A stretch of 63,597 nt of DNA, filler included, from Caldilineae bacterium (GCA_037446815.1; 3 parts of 3 records of this genome joined end to end with filler, not necessarily neighbours in it), one strand, 5' to 3'. Counted from the first letter of the whole stretch, positions 1 to 8,105 are shown. Numbers and translations are program-made. Notes: generated by a model not told the origin, from the letters alone.

Positions 1-483
1 CAGGGCGTGGTAGAAGGCGAAGGTGGCCAGCACAATCATGAGCGCAGGCAGGCTATAGGGGCGAACCTCCTGGGAGTAGTAGACGTGGGAAGGCAGGATG
101 GTCAGGATGGCGGCGGCGAGGAATCCGGTGGTTTTGTCAAACATGCGCTTGCCGAGGAAGTAGACGGCGGCCACGGTGAGCACGCCCCACAGTACGGCGG
201 GGAGGCGCAGGATGCCCTCGGAGCGGCCGATGTAGTAGTAGACGAAGTGGGTGACGAGGTAATCCAAGGGCGCAGAACCCGGGTAGGCCAAAGCGGCTTT
301 GGGTACCCTCCACCATGGCTCGCGGGCTGCTCGCACTTGCGACAGTTCGTCAATCCAGAAACTGTCCTGCTCCAGTTGGTAGAGGCGCAGGGCAAGGGCA
401 ACGAGCAGGATGGCGCCCAGCAGGATAACCTCGTGGTGCTTGCGCAGGCGTTCGCGAAGGGTCTCGTGCGTCTCGCTGCTCAT
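1..483 (-). CDS. GT-C/GT39 (PMT-like) membrane glycosyltransferase, 5' part; runs off the window
   Basis: Not in the ORF track. Manual translation from ATG 483: MSSETHETLRERLRKHHEVILLGAILLVALALRLYQLEQDSFWIDELSQV...LRLPAVLWGVLTV...HVYYSQEVRPYSL. It has the W-x-DE and YSQExRPY motifs; GGAGG RBS at 490-494. Confidence 0.85.
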   Translation of the reverse strand, partial: MSSETHETLRERLRKHHEVILLGAILLVALALRLYQLEQDSFWIDELSQVRAAREPWWRVPKAALAYPGSAPLDYLVTHFVYYYIGRSEGILRLPAVLWGVLTVAAVYFLGKRMFDKTTGFLAAAILTILPSHVYYSQEVRPYSLPALMIVLATFAFYHAL

Positions 484-528
484 GGAAGTCCTCCATAGCG
501 CAGAATCGGCATGGGCTGGCTGGGTGGG

Positions 529-557
529 AGTGTAACACCCCGGCCCCGAGTCGTCAA
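529..557 (-). promoter_or_regulatory. sigma70-type promoter of the GT39 gene
   Basis: TTGACG-N17-TACACT on the minus strand. Confidence 0.55.
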
Positions 558-572
558 ACCGCGCGGGCCGCG

Positions 573-885
573 GAGTCGGTTTCATCCTGTCACTATGTTT
601 GCACTTTTGTGTGTTGGCCGATTTTGCGCCCGCTTCGCTCACGGCAGAGATGTTCAGGGTTTCCTCTGCGCTCTCTCCGCGCCTCCGCGGTGCAGAATCA
701 ACCGTGAGCGCGAGTCGGTTCCGAAGTCTGTTGGCATCTGCCGTCATTCTGAGCGGCGGAGAGCGAAGAATCTCGCCCCTCACCCCAGCCCTCTCCCGAA
801 GGGCGAGGGCGTATCGCCTTCGGCTCAGCATGACAGAGTGGGGAGGCGGCGCGCGGGACAGGCCGACACAAGATGGAGCCGACTC
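573..885. mobile_element. composite MITE; core copy 712-885 carries REP-like cargo
   Basis: Ends GAGTCGGTTCCGAAGTCTGTTGG and CCGACACAAGATGGAGCCGACTC; internal GTCATTCTGAGCGG..GAAGAATCT and CCCTCACCCCAGCCCTCTCCC motifs; an extra end at 573. Confidence 0.7.
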
Positions 886-1103
886 GGCTGCGGAGGATCC
901 CGTGGCCCATACTTTGCAGCCAAGATGAACAGATTGTCATGCAAAGGGGTTTGCGTTTTCATCGTTTTTTCATCTTGGACTGCTATACTGGGCCCGAGGG
1001 GAGAAAAGGGCTGAGGGAGGCCTTTTCGCACACTGCACCGGAGAGCACGCGCCGCGCTGCCGCCCTCCGTACTGAATCCCCGCGAGCGGTTGTTGTTTGC
1101 GCA

Positions 1104-1120
1104 TTGGCACGAGGCTTGCA
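1104..1120 (+). promoter_or_regulatory. sigma54 (-24/-12) promoter
   Basis: TTGGCACGAGGCTTGCA matches the consensus YTGGCACG-N4-TTGCW, 57 nt upstream of ATG 1178. Confidence 0.75.
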
Positions 1121-1177
1121 TGGAGCGTGTTGCCACCGTGAACGCTCGGCCAGGCGCTGTGAGCGGAGGATGCGAAG

Positions 1178-1828
1178 ATGAGCGTTGAGTCGGTTGCTGT
1201 GGACACGGCTACCCTGGAGTCCAGCCTGAAGCAGGTAAAGGGCGTGTATGCATGTCGGGTGGTGATGGATGCGCCCAACGAGATCGGCGAGATTCATGTG
1301 GTGGGCGCGCCCGACCGCAAGCCCAAGCAAATTGTGCGCGATATTGAGTCGCTCCTGTTTGCCAGGTTTGGCCTGCGGGTGAACTACCGCAAGATTAGCC
1401 TGGCGCAGATGCAGGAGGAGAAGGCGTTTGCGGCGCTGGGGTCGCGGCCCCGACTCCTGGCGGCGGAATGCGCTGGCGAGGGCGACTCCTACACCGTGCG
1501 CGTGCGGCTTGCCGATAATGGCAACGTCTTTGAGGGGGCGGCGAGCCAGCCCAAGGATGACGGGAATGCGGGCCGCGCAGCGTGCCTGGCCGCGCTGGAT
1601 GCGCTCAACAAGATGGTCAACAGGAACGGGCTGTTCACTCTGGACGCGCTAGAGGTCATGCCGGTGGCGGGCCGCGAGGTGGTGATTGTGATGGTTACCT
1701 TCGCGTTCGCCGCGGGCGAGGAGCACCTCATCGGCACGAGTTTCTACCGCGGGGATATGGTGGAATCGGCCGTCCGGGCCACGCTGGACAGTGTCAACCG
1801 GCGGCTTTCGCTCATACGGTCGCTCTAG
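1178..1828 (+). CDS. conserved hypothetical cytoplasmic protein (216 aa), first gene of the peptide/HD-GYP/DUF5317 locus
   Basis: GGAGGA RBS, typical codon usage; motifs EIHVV..RKPKQIVRDIES..RKISLAQ and AVRATLDSVNRRL. Confidence 0.85.
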   Translation: MSVESVAVDTATLESSLKQVKGVYACRVVMDAPNEIGEIHVVGAPDRKPKQIVRDIESLLFARFGLRVNYRKISLAQMQEEKAFAALGSRPRLLAAECAGEGDSYTVRVRLADNGNVFEGAASQPKDDGNAGRAACLAALDALNKMVNRNGLFTLDALEVMPVAGREVVIVMVTFAFAAGEEHLIGTSFYRGDMVESAVRATLDSVNRRLSLIRSL

Positions 1829-1862
1829 GGGTCCCGGCGCCGAGACGCCGACCCGAGCGCAA

Positions 1863-2096
1863 CGGAAGAGGTGGGAGGCGGCATCGGGCTGAAGAAGCCT
1901 GAAGCGGAGCGAAGGGGAATCGGAAGAAACCTCAACAAACTTTCGGCCGAAAGGCTAGACTAGCGAAGGAGGAGATTCCCCATGAAGTGGAGAGTTCTGT
2001 ACGCGTTGATGATCGTCGCCAGCATCGTTGCCGCAGCCGGCGCCACCGCCAAGTGGCACTAGCATGAACGCATTGGCCGCCTCCCACCTCTATCCG
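1863..2096 (+). other. long-range inverted repeat enclosing the small ORF (structured RNA domain)
   Basis: 1863-1882 CGGAAGAGGTGGGAGGCGGC is complementary to 2076-2096 GCCGCCTCCCACCTCT(A)TCCG: 16 perfect bp, one bulge, 4 more bp. Confidence 0.75.
1982..2062 (+). CDS. 26-aa small hydrophobic peptide MKWRVLYALMIVASIVAAAGATAKWH (putative signalling-peptide precursor)
   Basis: Strong RBS AAGGAGGAG at 1966-1974; ATG 1982, TAG 2060-2062; basic N-region, hydrophobic core and polar W-containing tail; below the ORF-track size cutoff. Confidence 0.8.
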   Translation: MKWRVLYALMIVASIVAAAGATAKWH

Positions 2097-2105
2097 ACCA
2101 AATCT

Positions 2106-2436
2106 GTCATTGCGAGCGAAGCGATGGCGGTTGACCTCACCCCCTCGTTGGAGAGGCCCGGCGCGGTGTCGCCCGGGGCTGAAGCCTCGGGCTGAGGAGG
2201 GCGAAGGCGCGGGGGTGAGGTGTGGCTGGCTGTGGGAGATTCNNNNNNNNNNNNNNNNNNNNNNNNNNNNNNNNNNNNNNNNNNNNNNNNNNNNNNNNNN
2301 NNNNNNNNNNNNNNNNNNNNNNNNNNNNNNNNNNNNNNNNNNGCGCATGGGAAACCCGGCCCACTCCTGTCACCCTGAGCGGAGCGAAGGGTCTCGGGTC
2401 GGGAGATTCTTCGCGGCTTCGCAGATTAGAATGACA
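2106..2436. repeat. REP-like hairpin mosaic flanking a scaffold gap
   Basis: GTCATTGCGAGCGAAGCG, CCTCACCCCC...GGGGGTGAGG, and GTCACCCTGAGCGGAGCGAAGGGTCTC...GAGATTCTTCGCGGCTTCGC motifs that recur across the window. Confidence 0.7.
2243..2342. other. assembly gap (100 N, no linker)
   Basis: Run of N. Confidence 0.99.
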
Positions 2437-2452
2437 GGGGCGAGGGCAAGAG

Positions 2453-2481
2453 TTGCGGAGTTGGCAGGTTTTGGGTAAACT
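2453..2481 (+). promoter_or_regulatory. possible sigma70 promoter for the HD-GYP/DUF5317 pair
   Basis: TTGCGG-N17-TAAACT. Confidence 0.4.
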
Positions 2482-2585
2482 GCAGGCCATCCGCAAACGG
2501 GTTCTGAGGAGAACAGATCGGCAACTGGCGGTCTGTCGCCTGGGGTCGCGGGGCATCGGCCTGCCGGTCTGGGGAGGACGGTTAC

Positions 2586-3920
2586 GTGAGGGCACTGCCC
2601 GGACGCGCGCAAGTCTATATCATCGCACTCACCGTGGCGGCTTTGCTCGGCATCCTGGGCTGGCTGCCCACGCTCATGGCCCAGCCAACGCTGTGGCCTG
2701 TGGTGTTGCTGTTCGCGGGCCTCATCTGCCTGTCTGACATGTTCCCCATCGTGATGCCGTTCCCCGGCGACGCGGAGATGACCGTTTCGGGCGCGCTGCA
2801 GGCCGCGGTTGCTATCCTGTTCGGCCCGGCCGCGGCGGCCTGGGCGGCTTTTCTGGGCACGCTGGTGGCCGAAGCGATTTTGCGACGGGCTCCACACAAG
2901 GCGGCGTTCAACGTTTCCCAGATGGTGATCACCTTCGGGGCCATGGGCTCCCTGTACCGGGTCCTCTACGATGGGAACGTCAATCCCCTGAACTCCGTCC
3001 AGAACGCCATGGCTTTGGCCTTGCTGGCGCTTTTCTACTACGTTGTGAACACGGGGATGGTGGCGCTCATCATCGCCTTCGTGAACAACATTTCGGCCTC
3101 TTACGTCTGGAAGGTGAGTTTCCGCAACATCGCGTGGCACGAACTCACCATGGTTCCGCTGGGGGCGATGATCGTGATTCTGTGGCAGGCCAGCCCGTGG
3201 GCCATTGTCCTCATGCTGCTGCCGCTGGCCGTGGTGCGCACCTCGCTGCTGCAGTCCAGCGCGCTGCAACTGCAGACGATGGAGACGCTGATGGCGCTGG
3301 CGGATACCATTGACCAGCGCGACCCGACGACCTACGAGCACTCACAGCGCGTGGCGATGTTTGCCGAGATGATTGCCAAGGAGATGGGCCTGCCACAGGA
3401 CCAGGTGGAACTCATCTCCATGTCGGCGCGCCTGCACGATGTGGGCAAGATCGGCATGAGCAACGCGCTCCTCTACAAGCCGCAGCAGTTCTCGCTGGAA
3501 GAGTGGCACGAGTTCCGCCGCCATCCGACCATCGGCGCGAGCATGGTGGAGAATTTCCCGCTGTTCCGCAAGGGCCGCGACCTCATCTTGCACCACCACG
3601 AGCGGTGGGATGGCCAGGGCTATCCCGACCGCCTGGCGGGAGAGGAGATTCCGCTGGGGGCGCGCATCATCGCCGCCGCCGACGCGCTGGAGGCCATGAC
3701 GGCCGAACGGGTGTACCGCGACGCGCTGACCCTGGACGCGGCGATAGAGGAGTTTCGGCGGGAGCGGGGCCGCCAGTTTGACCCGAGGGTGGCCGATGCG
3801 CTCATCGCCGTGCTAGAGCGGTGCCGCCAGCAGGAGCCCGATTGGGAGCGCGCGACGTTCCAGAAGCGTATTCAGGCGTATCCGGTGGTGCAGCCCATGT
3901 CCAGCAGGGTGGGGAGTTGA
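2586..3920 (+). CDS. membrane-bound HD-GYP domain c-di-GMP phosphodiesterase
   Basis: About 220-aa multi-TM N-terminus; TYEHSQRVA, LHDVGKIG, HP, HHERWDGQGYP, RIIAAADALEAM and QFDP motifs; GTG start with GGAGGA RBS. Confidence 0.93.
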   Translation: MRALPGRAQVYIIALTVAALLGILGWLPTLMAQPTLWPVVLLFAGLICLSDMFPIVMPFPGDAEMTVSGALQAAVAILFGPAAAAWAAFLGTLVAEAILRRAPHKAAFNVSQMVITFGAMGSLYRVLYDGNVNPLNSVQNAMALALLALFYYVVNTGMVALIIAFVNNISASYVWKVSFRNIAWHELTMVPLGAMIVILWQASPWAIVLMLLPLAVVRTSLLQSSALQLQTMETLMALADTIDQRDPTTYEHSQRVAMFAEMIAKEMGLPQDQVELISMSARLHDVGKIGMSNALLYKPQQFSLEEWHEFRRHPTIGASMVENFPLFRKGRDLILHHHERWDGQGYPDRLAGEEIPLGARIIAAADALEAMTAERVYRDALTLDAAIEEFRRERGRQFDPRVADALIAVLERCRQQEPDWERATFQKRIQAYPVVQPMSSRVGS

Positions 3921-3921
3921 C

Positions 3922-4491
3922 GTGATCCTGCTCGTCTTCGCCCTGGTCGCGCTGCTCATTGCCCTGGCCCGTGGCGGCGACATCATGGCGCTGGCGCGGG
4001 TGCCGTTTCGCCTGGGGTGGCTTGCGCTCCTCGCCGTCGGCCTTCAGATTCTCATCTTCTCGCAGTGGTGGGCACGGTCGGCGCTGGCCGGTTGGACGCC
4101 GGCGCTGTACATCGTGTCGCTGGCGCTGCTTGTGGGGCTGGTGGCGGCCAACTGGCGGCTGCCCGGGTTGGCCGCGGTGGGGCTGGGGCTGGCGTGCAAC
4201 GCCGTCGCCATCGGCCTGAACGGCGGCAGGATGCCCGCGTCCGCCGATGCGCTGCGCACCGCCGGATTGGAATTCGTCATCCTCAAGGCGGGGACCCTCG
4301 GCTCCTCGGCCAATACGGTGCTGCTGGGGCCGCAGACCCGCGTCCCCTTCCTGTGCGATATCTTCGCGCTGCCCTCATGGTTCCCCATGGCCACGGTCTT
4401 CTCCATCGGCGATGTGCTCATCGCGCTGGGCGCGGCGTGGTTCTTCTTGGCCGTGGTTCGCCCCAAGGGCACGACCGGCGGCCGCGGATAG
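3922..4491 (+). CDS. DUF5317 family membrane protein (signal peptidase II-like motifs)
   Basis: Hydrophobic; GLACNAVAIGLNGGRMP, FLCDIF and VFSIGDVLIALG motifs; starts 1 nt after the HD-GYP stop. Confidence 0.85.
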   Translation: MILLVFALVALLIALARGGDIMALARVPFRLGWLALLAVGLQILIFSQWWARSALAGWTPALYIVSLALLVGLVAANWRLPGLAAVGLGLACNAVAIGLNGGRMPASADALRTAGLEFVILKAGTLGSSANTVLLGPQTRVPFLCDIFALPSWFPMATVFSIGDVLIALGAAWFFLAVVRPKGTTGGRG

Positions 4492-4500
4492 GGCGGGCCC

Positions 4501-4963
4501 CCGCGAAGAATCTCGCAAACCGAGACCCTTCGCTTCGCTCGGGGTGACAGGATCGGGCTGCCTTCCCGCAAGGCCCTCACCCTAACCCTCTCCCGGCGGG
4601 CGAGGGAACTGGGGAGAGTGCGCCTACGGTTCACCAACACAAGATGAACCGACTCCTACCCGCGGGGGGACTCGGTTCCAAAGTCTGTTGGTAACCGCCA
4701 TTGCGAGGGCGCGGGCGGAGGCCCCTCACCCCAGCCCTCTCCCAGCGGGCGAGGGAGCGACGCCCTCACCCCAACCCCATTCACGCGGATTCGCGTTCAT
4801 TCGCGGCCATGGAACTGTCATTCTGAGCGGCGAAGCCGCGAAGAATCTCGCCCCTCACCCCAGCCCTCTCCCAGAGGGCGAGGGCGTATCGCCTTCGGCT
4901 CACCATGACAATGGAATAGAAAGGCCGCGCGCCAGACAGACCAACACAAGACGGAACCGAATC
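4501..4963. mobile_element. MITE/REP mosaic (right end at 4655; complete expanded copy 4669-4963)
   Basis: GACTCGGTTCCAAAGTCTGTTGG ... CCAACACAAGACGGAACCGAATC ends, with multiple CCCTCACCCCAGCCCTCTCCC units. Confidence 0.75.
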
Positions 4964-4977
4964 GCCCCTGGCCCCGC

Positions 4978-5006
4978 TTGACGTTTCCCCTTGCGCGGCG
5001 TAAGAT
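4978..5006 (+). promoter_or_regulatory. sigma70 promoter of rarA
   Basis: TTGACG-N17-TAAGAT. Confidence 0.6.
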
Positions 5007-5036
5007 GAAGCCAAGACTCGGAGGAGCAGCCATCTC

Positions 5037-6398
5037 ATGGCCAGGGACGACCTGTTCGCCCATGCCCGCGCGGCACAAATTCGCAAGGAGGCCCCCCTCG
5101 CCGCCCGCATGCGCCCGCGCACGCTGGATGAGTTCGTGGGCCAAGAGCATATCGTCGGCGAGGGGCGGCTGCTTCGCCGCGCCATCCAGGCCGACCAGTT
5201 GACATCGCTCATCTTCTGGGGACCGCCCGGCACCGGCAAGACCACCCTCGCCATGATCATCGCCAACACCACCAAGTCGCACTTTGCCGCCATCAGCGCC
5301 GTCATGGCCGGCGTGGCCGACATCCGCCGCCTGATTGACGAGGCCAAGGAGCGGCGCAACCTCTACGGCCAGCGCACCATCGTCCTGGTGGACGAAATCC
5401 ACCGCTTCAACAAGGCCCAGCAGGACGCGCTCCTGCCCCACGTGGAGGACGGCACCATCATCCTCATCGGCGCGACGACCGAGAACCCCTACTTTGAGGT
5501 CATCTCGGCGTTGGTGTCGCGCTCGCAGGTGTTCCAGTTGCGCCCGCTCACCGAAGAGGACGTGCTGGTCGTCCTGCGCCGGGCACTCACGGACAAGGAG
5601 CGCGGCTACGGCAACTGGAAGGTGCGCGTGGACGAAGAGGCCATCCAGCACATCGCCCACATTGCAGGCGGCGACGCCCGCCGCGCGCTCAACGCCCTGG
5701 AACTGGCCGTTACCACGACCCCAGCCGACAAGCAGGGATGGGTGCACGTTACCCTCCAGGTGGCCGAGGATTCCATCCAGCGCCGCGCCATCCTGTACGA
5801 CCGAGACGGCGACGCCCACTATGACACCATCTCCGCGTTCATCAAGAGCCTGCGTGGCTCCGACCCCGACGCGGCCCTGTACTGGATGGCGAAGATGATT
5901 TACGCAGGCGAAGACCCGCGGTTCATCGTGCGGCGGATGATTATCTTCGCGTCCGAGGATGTGGGGCTGGCCGACCCGCAGGCATTGGTGGTGGCAACGG
6001 CAGCGGCCCAGGCGCTGGAATGGGTGGGCCTGCCCGAGGCGCAGTACGCCCTGGCCGAGGCCGCCATCTACCTGGCCACCGCCCCCAAGAGCAACTCCAC
6101 AGGCGGGTACTGGAAGGCCCTGGCCGACGTGGAGCGGGAGGGCAAGGTAGAGGTGCCCAATCACCTGAAGGACGCCACCCGCGACGCCGAGGCGCTAGGC
6201 CACGGCGAGGGATACAAGTACCCGCACGCCTTTGACCGCCACTGGGTGGAGCAGCAATACCTCCCCGACGCCCTCAAGGGCCGACGCTACTACGAGCCCG
6301 GCGCGCTGGGGTACGAGAAGCGCATCAAGGAGTGGCTGGAGTGGATGCGGGGGCAGGGCGCCAGCACGGCAGGGGAGGAAAACCGCGAGGGCGAATGA
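5037..6398 (+). CDS. rarA: replication-associated recombination protein A (MgsA/RarA AAA+ ATPase)
   Basis: [18 protein letters not shown]alker [36 protein letters not shown]. Confidence 0.97.
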   Translation: MARDDLFAHARAAQIRKEAPLAARMRPRTLDEFVGQEHIVGEGRLLRRAIQADQLTSLIFWGPPGTGKTTLAMIIANTTKSHFAAISAVMAGVADIRRLIDEAKERRNLYGQRTIVLVDEIHRFNKAQQDALLPHVEDGTIILIGATTENPYFEVISALVSRSQVFQLRPLTEEDVLVVLRRALTDKERGYGNWKVRVDEEAIQHIAHIAGGDARRALNALELAVTTTPADKQGWVHVTLQVAEDSIQRRAILYDRDGDAHYDTISAFIKSLRGSDPDAALYWMAKMIYAGEDPRFIVRRMIIFASEDVGLADPQALVVATAAAQALEWVGLPEAQYALAEAAIYLATAPKSNSTGGYWKALADVEREGKVEVPNHLKDATRDAEALGHGEGYKYPHAFDRHWVEQQYLPDALKGRRYYEPGALGYEKRIKEWLEWMRGQGASTAGEENREGE

Positions 6399-6509
6399 GC
6401 CTCTACGCCCTTGCGCGCGGGCGACCTCAGCACCCTGCCGTGCCGTGCAGAGGGCCTACTCCATCTCCCACAGCTCCAGCGCCCGCAGGACGCCCCACCC
6501 TAGCCCGCC

Positions 6510-7178
6510 TCACGCGAAGTAACTCGCCGCCAGCGCGATGAGGAACTGCCCCGCGTAGTAGAACGCCAGGCTGATGCGGTGGTACCGCCACGGCTTCCAG
6601 AAACGCGCCGCGGCCAGAATCACGTCCGAGACGTAGAACAGCACCGCGCCACTCGCCACCATCGCCGCCTGGGCGGGGCCGAACGCGGGGCTTGCCAGCG
6701 TGGATACCGCGCGGTTCACCATGAGCGAAATCACGAGCATGTATACGATCACAGGCCCGCGCATCGCGCCCAGGTTTGGCCCAATGAGAGCGTACAATCC
6801 CACGCCCGCCGCCACCAAGACCGCCGCCGACAGGATGTCCCAGCCGGACGAGCGACCCAGCGCCGCGAACACCACCGTGTATGCAACGTGGGCCAGCAGG
6901 AACAGCACGAGGCCCGCGAGAAAAGCCTTGCGGCTCTCCTGGAACATGAGCGCCACATCCCCGCCCAGCGAGAGAACCAACCCCACGAGCACACCCACTG
7001 TGTACGTCGGGTTCTGTGCCGGCTCCCGCAACGCCAGCGCTGCGGCAGCGATGACAAGGAGCGTGGACAGGGGCTTGGACACGTAGACGAGGCGTCGCCT
7101 GCCGGCGAACTCGGCTGCGATGAGGATGCTCACGGCTGCCACGAGCAGGGGCGCGAGAAGGACCGCGGTCTTCACCAT
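6510..7178 (-). CDS. YhhN/TMEM86 (lysoplasmalogenase) family membrane protein
   Basis: SKP, SLGGDVAL, FLAGLVLFLLAHVAY, GAVLFYVSD, YYAGQ motifs. Confidence 0.9.
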   Translation of the reverse strand: MVKTAVLLAPLLVAAVSILIAAEFAGRRRLVYVSKPLSTLLVIAAAALALREPAQNPTYTVGVLVGLVLSLGGDVALMFQESRKAFLAGLVLFLLAHVAYTVVFAALGRSSGWDILSAAVLVAAGVGLYALIGPNLGAMRGPVIVYMLVISLMVNRAVSTLASPAFGPAQAAMVASGAVLFYVSDVILAAARFWKPWRYHRISLAFYYAGQFLIALAASYFA

Positions 7179-7279
7179 GAGACCCTCCTTGTCCAGGGAT
7201 CGCGGCGCAGCAAAGACCGCACGCGCGCGGTAGGCCCAGTCCCACCGCGCGCTTTTCGGCCCCTACGGGTTACAGCAGG

Positions 7280-7738
7280 CTACCGGCCCTCTACGGTTGC
7301 GATGGCCTGTTCGGGCGGCACGTTGGCGTAGAGAACGCTCATGATGCCCGGCAGGTACTTGTCCATCATGAGCACGTTGGTATACACGAGAGTCTTGACC
7401 ATCTGCGTCGTCAACTGCCCGCCCTCAACGTCAACGCTCGTCTTGTAGCGAATCTCCCCGTCGGAGTAGTCCATCTCAAAGTTGCCGAGCACAAGGCCGT
7501 AGTTCGCCCGCGTGAGGAACTCGGCGATCGCCGCCCGCCTCTCCGGCACGGCCTTGGCCTCCAGCACGGAGTAGAAGATGAACCGCTCCTGCTCGTTCTT
7601 CGCCTGGGCATAACACATCCAGGAACCATTGCGGCCTGAAAACCCCAACTGAAGTATGGGCCTGTCCTCAAGTTGTCGGAATTTCCAGTCGTCCTCTTTG
7701 AAGAACCGAACCATGGTGTCAAAAATCGTCTCGCCCAT
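7280..7738 (-). CDS. YbjN-domain protein (putative sensory transduction regulator / chaperone-like fold)
   Basis: EFLTRANYGLVLGNFEMDYSDGEIRYKTS motif. Confidence 0.88.
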   Translation of the reverse strand: MGETIFDTMVRFFKEDDWKFRQLEDRPILQLGFSGRNGSWMCYAQAKNEQERFIFYSVLEAKAVPERRAAIAEFLTRANYGLVLGNFEMDYSDGEIRYKTSVDVEGGQLTTQMVKTLVYTNVLMMDKYLPGIMSVLYANVPPEQAIATVEGR

Positions 7739-7777
7739 CGCGCTCTCCTTTCTGGCTACTCTGGTAGCCTGTGGCCC

Positions 7778-7805
7778 ATTATACCCCCGCCGTTGGGGCT
7801 GTCAA
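7778..7805 (-). promoter_or_regulatory. consensus sigma70 promoter of the ybjN-like gene
   Basis: TTGACA-N16-TATAAT. Confidence 0.75.
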
Positions 7806-7820
7806 TGGCGGGAAACGGAA

Positions 7821-8001
7821 GATTCGGTTCCAAACTGTGTTGGTGAATACGACTCGGTTTCATCTTGTGTTGGTGAAACGCATGGACACTCTCCTCGTGT
7901 GTCGTTGCGAGCGAAGCGAAGCAACCCCACGCCTCGGAGATTGCTTCGGGCGCTCCGCGCCCTCGCAATGACAAAATACCAACAGACTTTGGAACCGAAT
8001 C
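7821..8001. mobile_element. MITE (151-bp core 7851-8001 plus a duplicated end) with 8-bp TSD
   Basis: AAACGGAA at 7813-7820 and 8002-8009; terminal inverted repeats; internal palindrome. Confidence 0.85.
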
Positions 8002-8105
8002 AAACGGAATTCACCGCAGAGGCAGAGAAGATATCAGCGATTTCCTCTGCGTCCTCTGTGCCTCTGCGGAGGAATTCTGTCCCTACCCGCCAGCGGCTGG
8101 CGCGC

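Noticed and set aside
7..498. 163-aa plus-strand ORF
   Set aside because: Shadow of the minus-strand GT39 gene, which has an RBS, a promoter and family motifs.
511..1181. ORFs across intergenic repeat mosaics (also 4688-4981, 18801-19272, 23445-23770, 53587-54351) and long N-terminal extensions of uvsE, tlyA, yvcK and the BNR gene
   Set aside because: They translate MITE/REP sequence (recurring PHPSPLP and [10 protein letters not shown] strings); better starts with an RBS or promoter lie downstream.
1828..1975. Known c-di-GMP-I/II riboswitch upstream of the HD-GYP gene
   Set aside because: I could not find the GEMM (GGCAAAC..GAAA..GGGACGCAAAGC) or class II consensus; retained only as an unknown structured leader.
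1982..2062. Trp attenuator leader peptide
   Set aside because: The two Trp codons are far apart, no terminator/antiterminator with a U-tract follows, and the downstream genes are unrelated to Trp synthesis.
6510..7178. Ether-lipid pathway linking YhhN with the FAD oxidoreductase at 51535-52998
   Set aside because: The genes are on different joined contigs, and family membership alone does not indicate the substrate.
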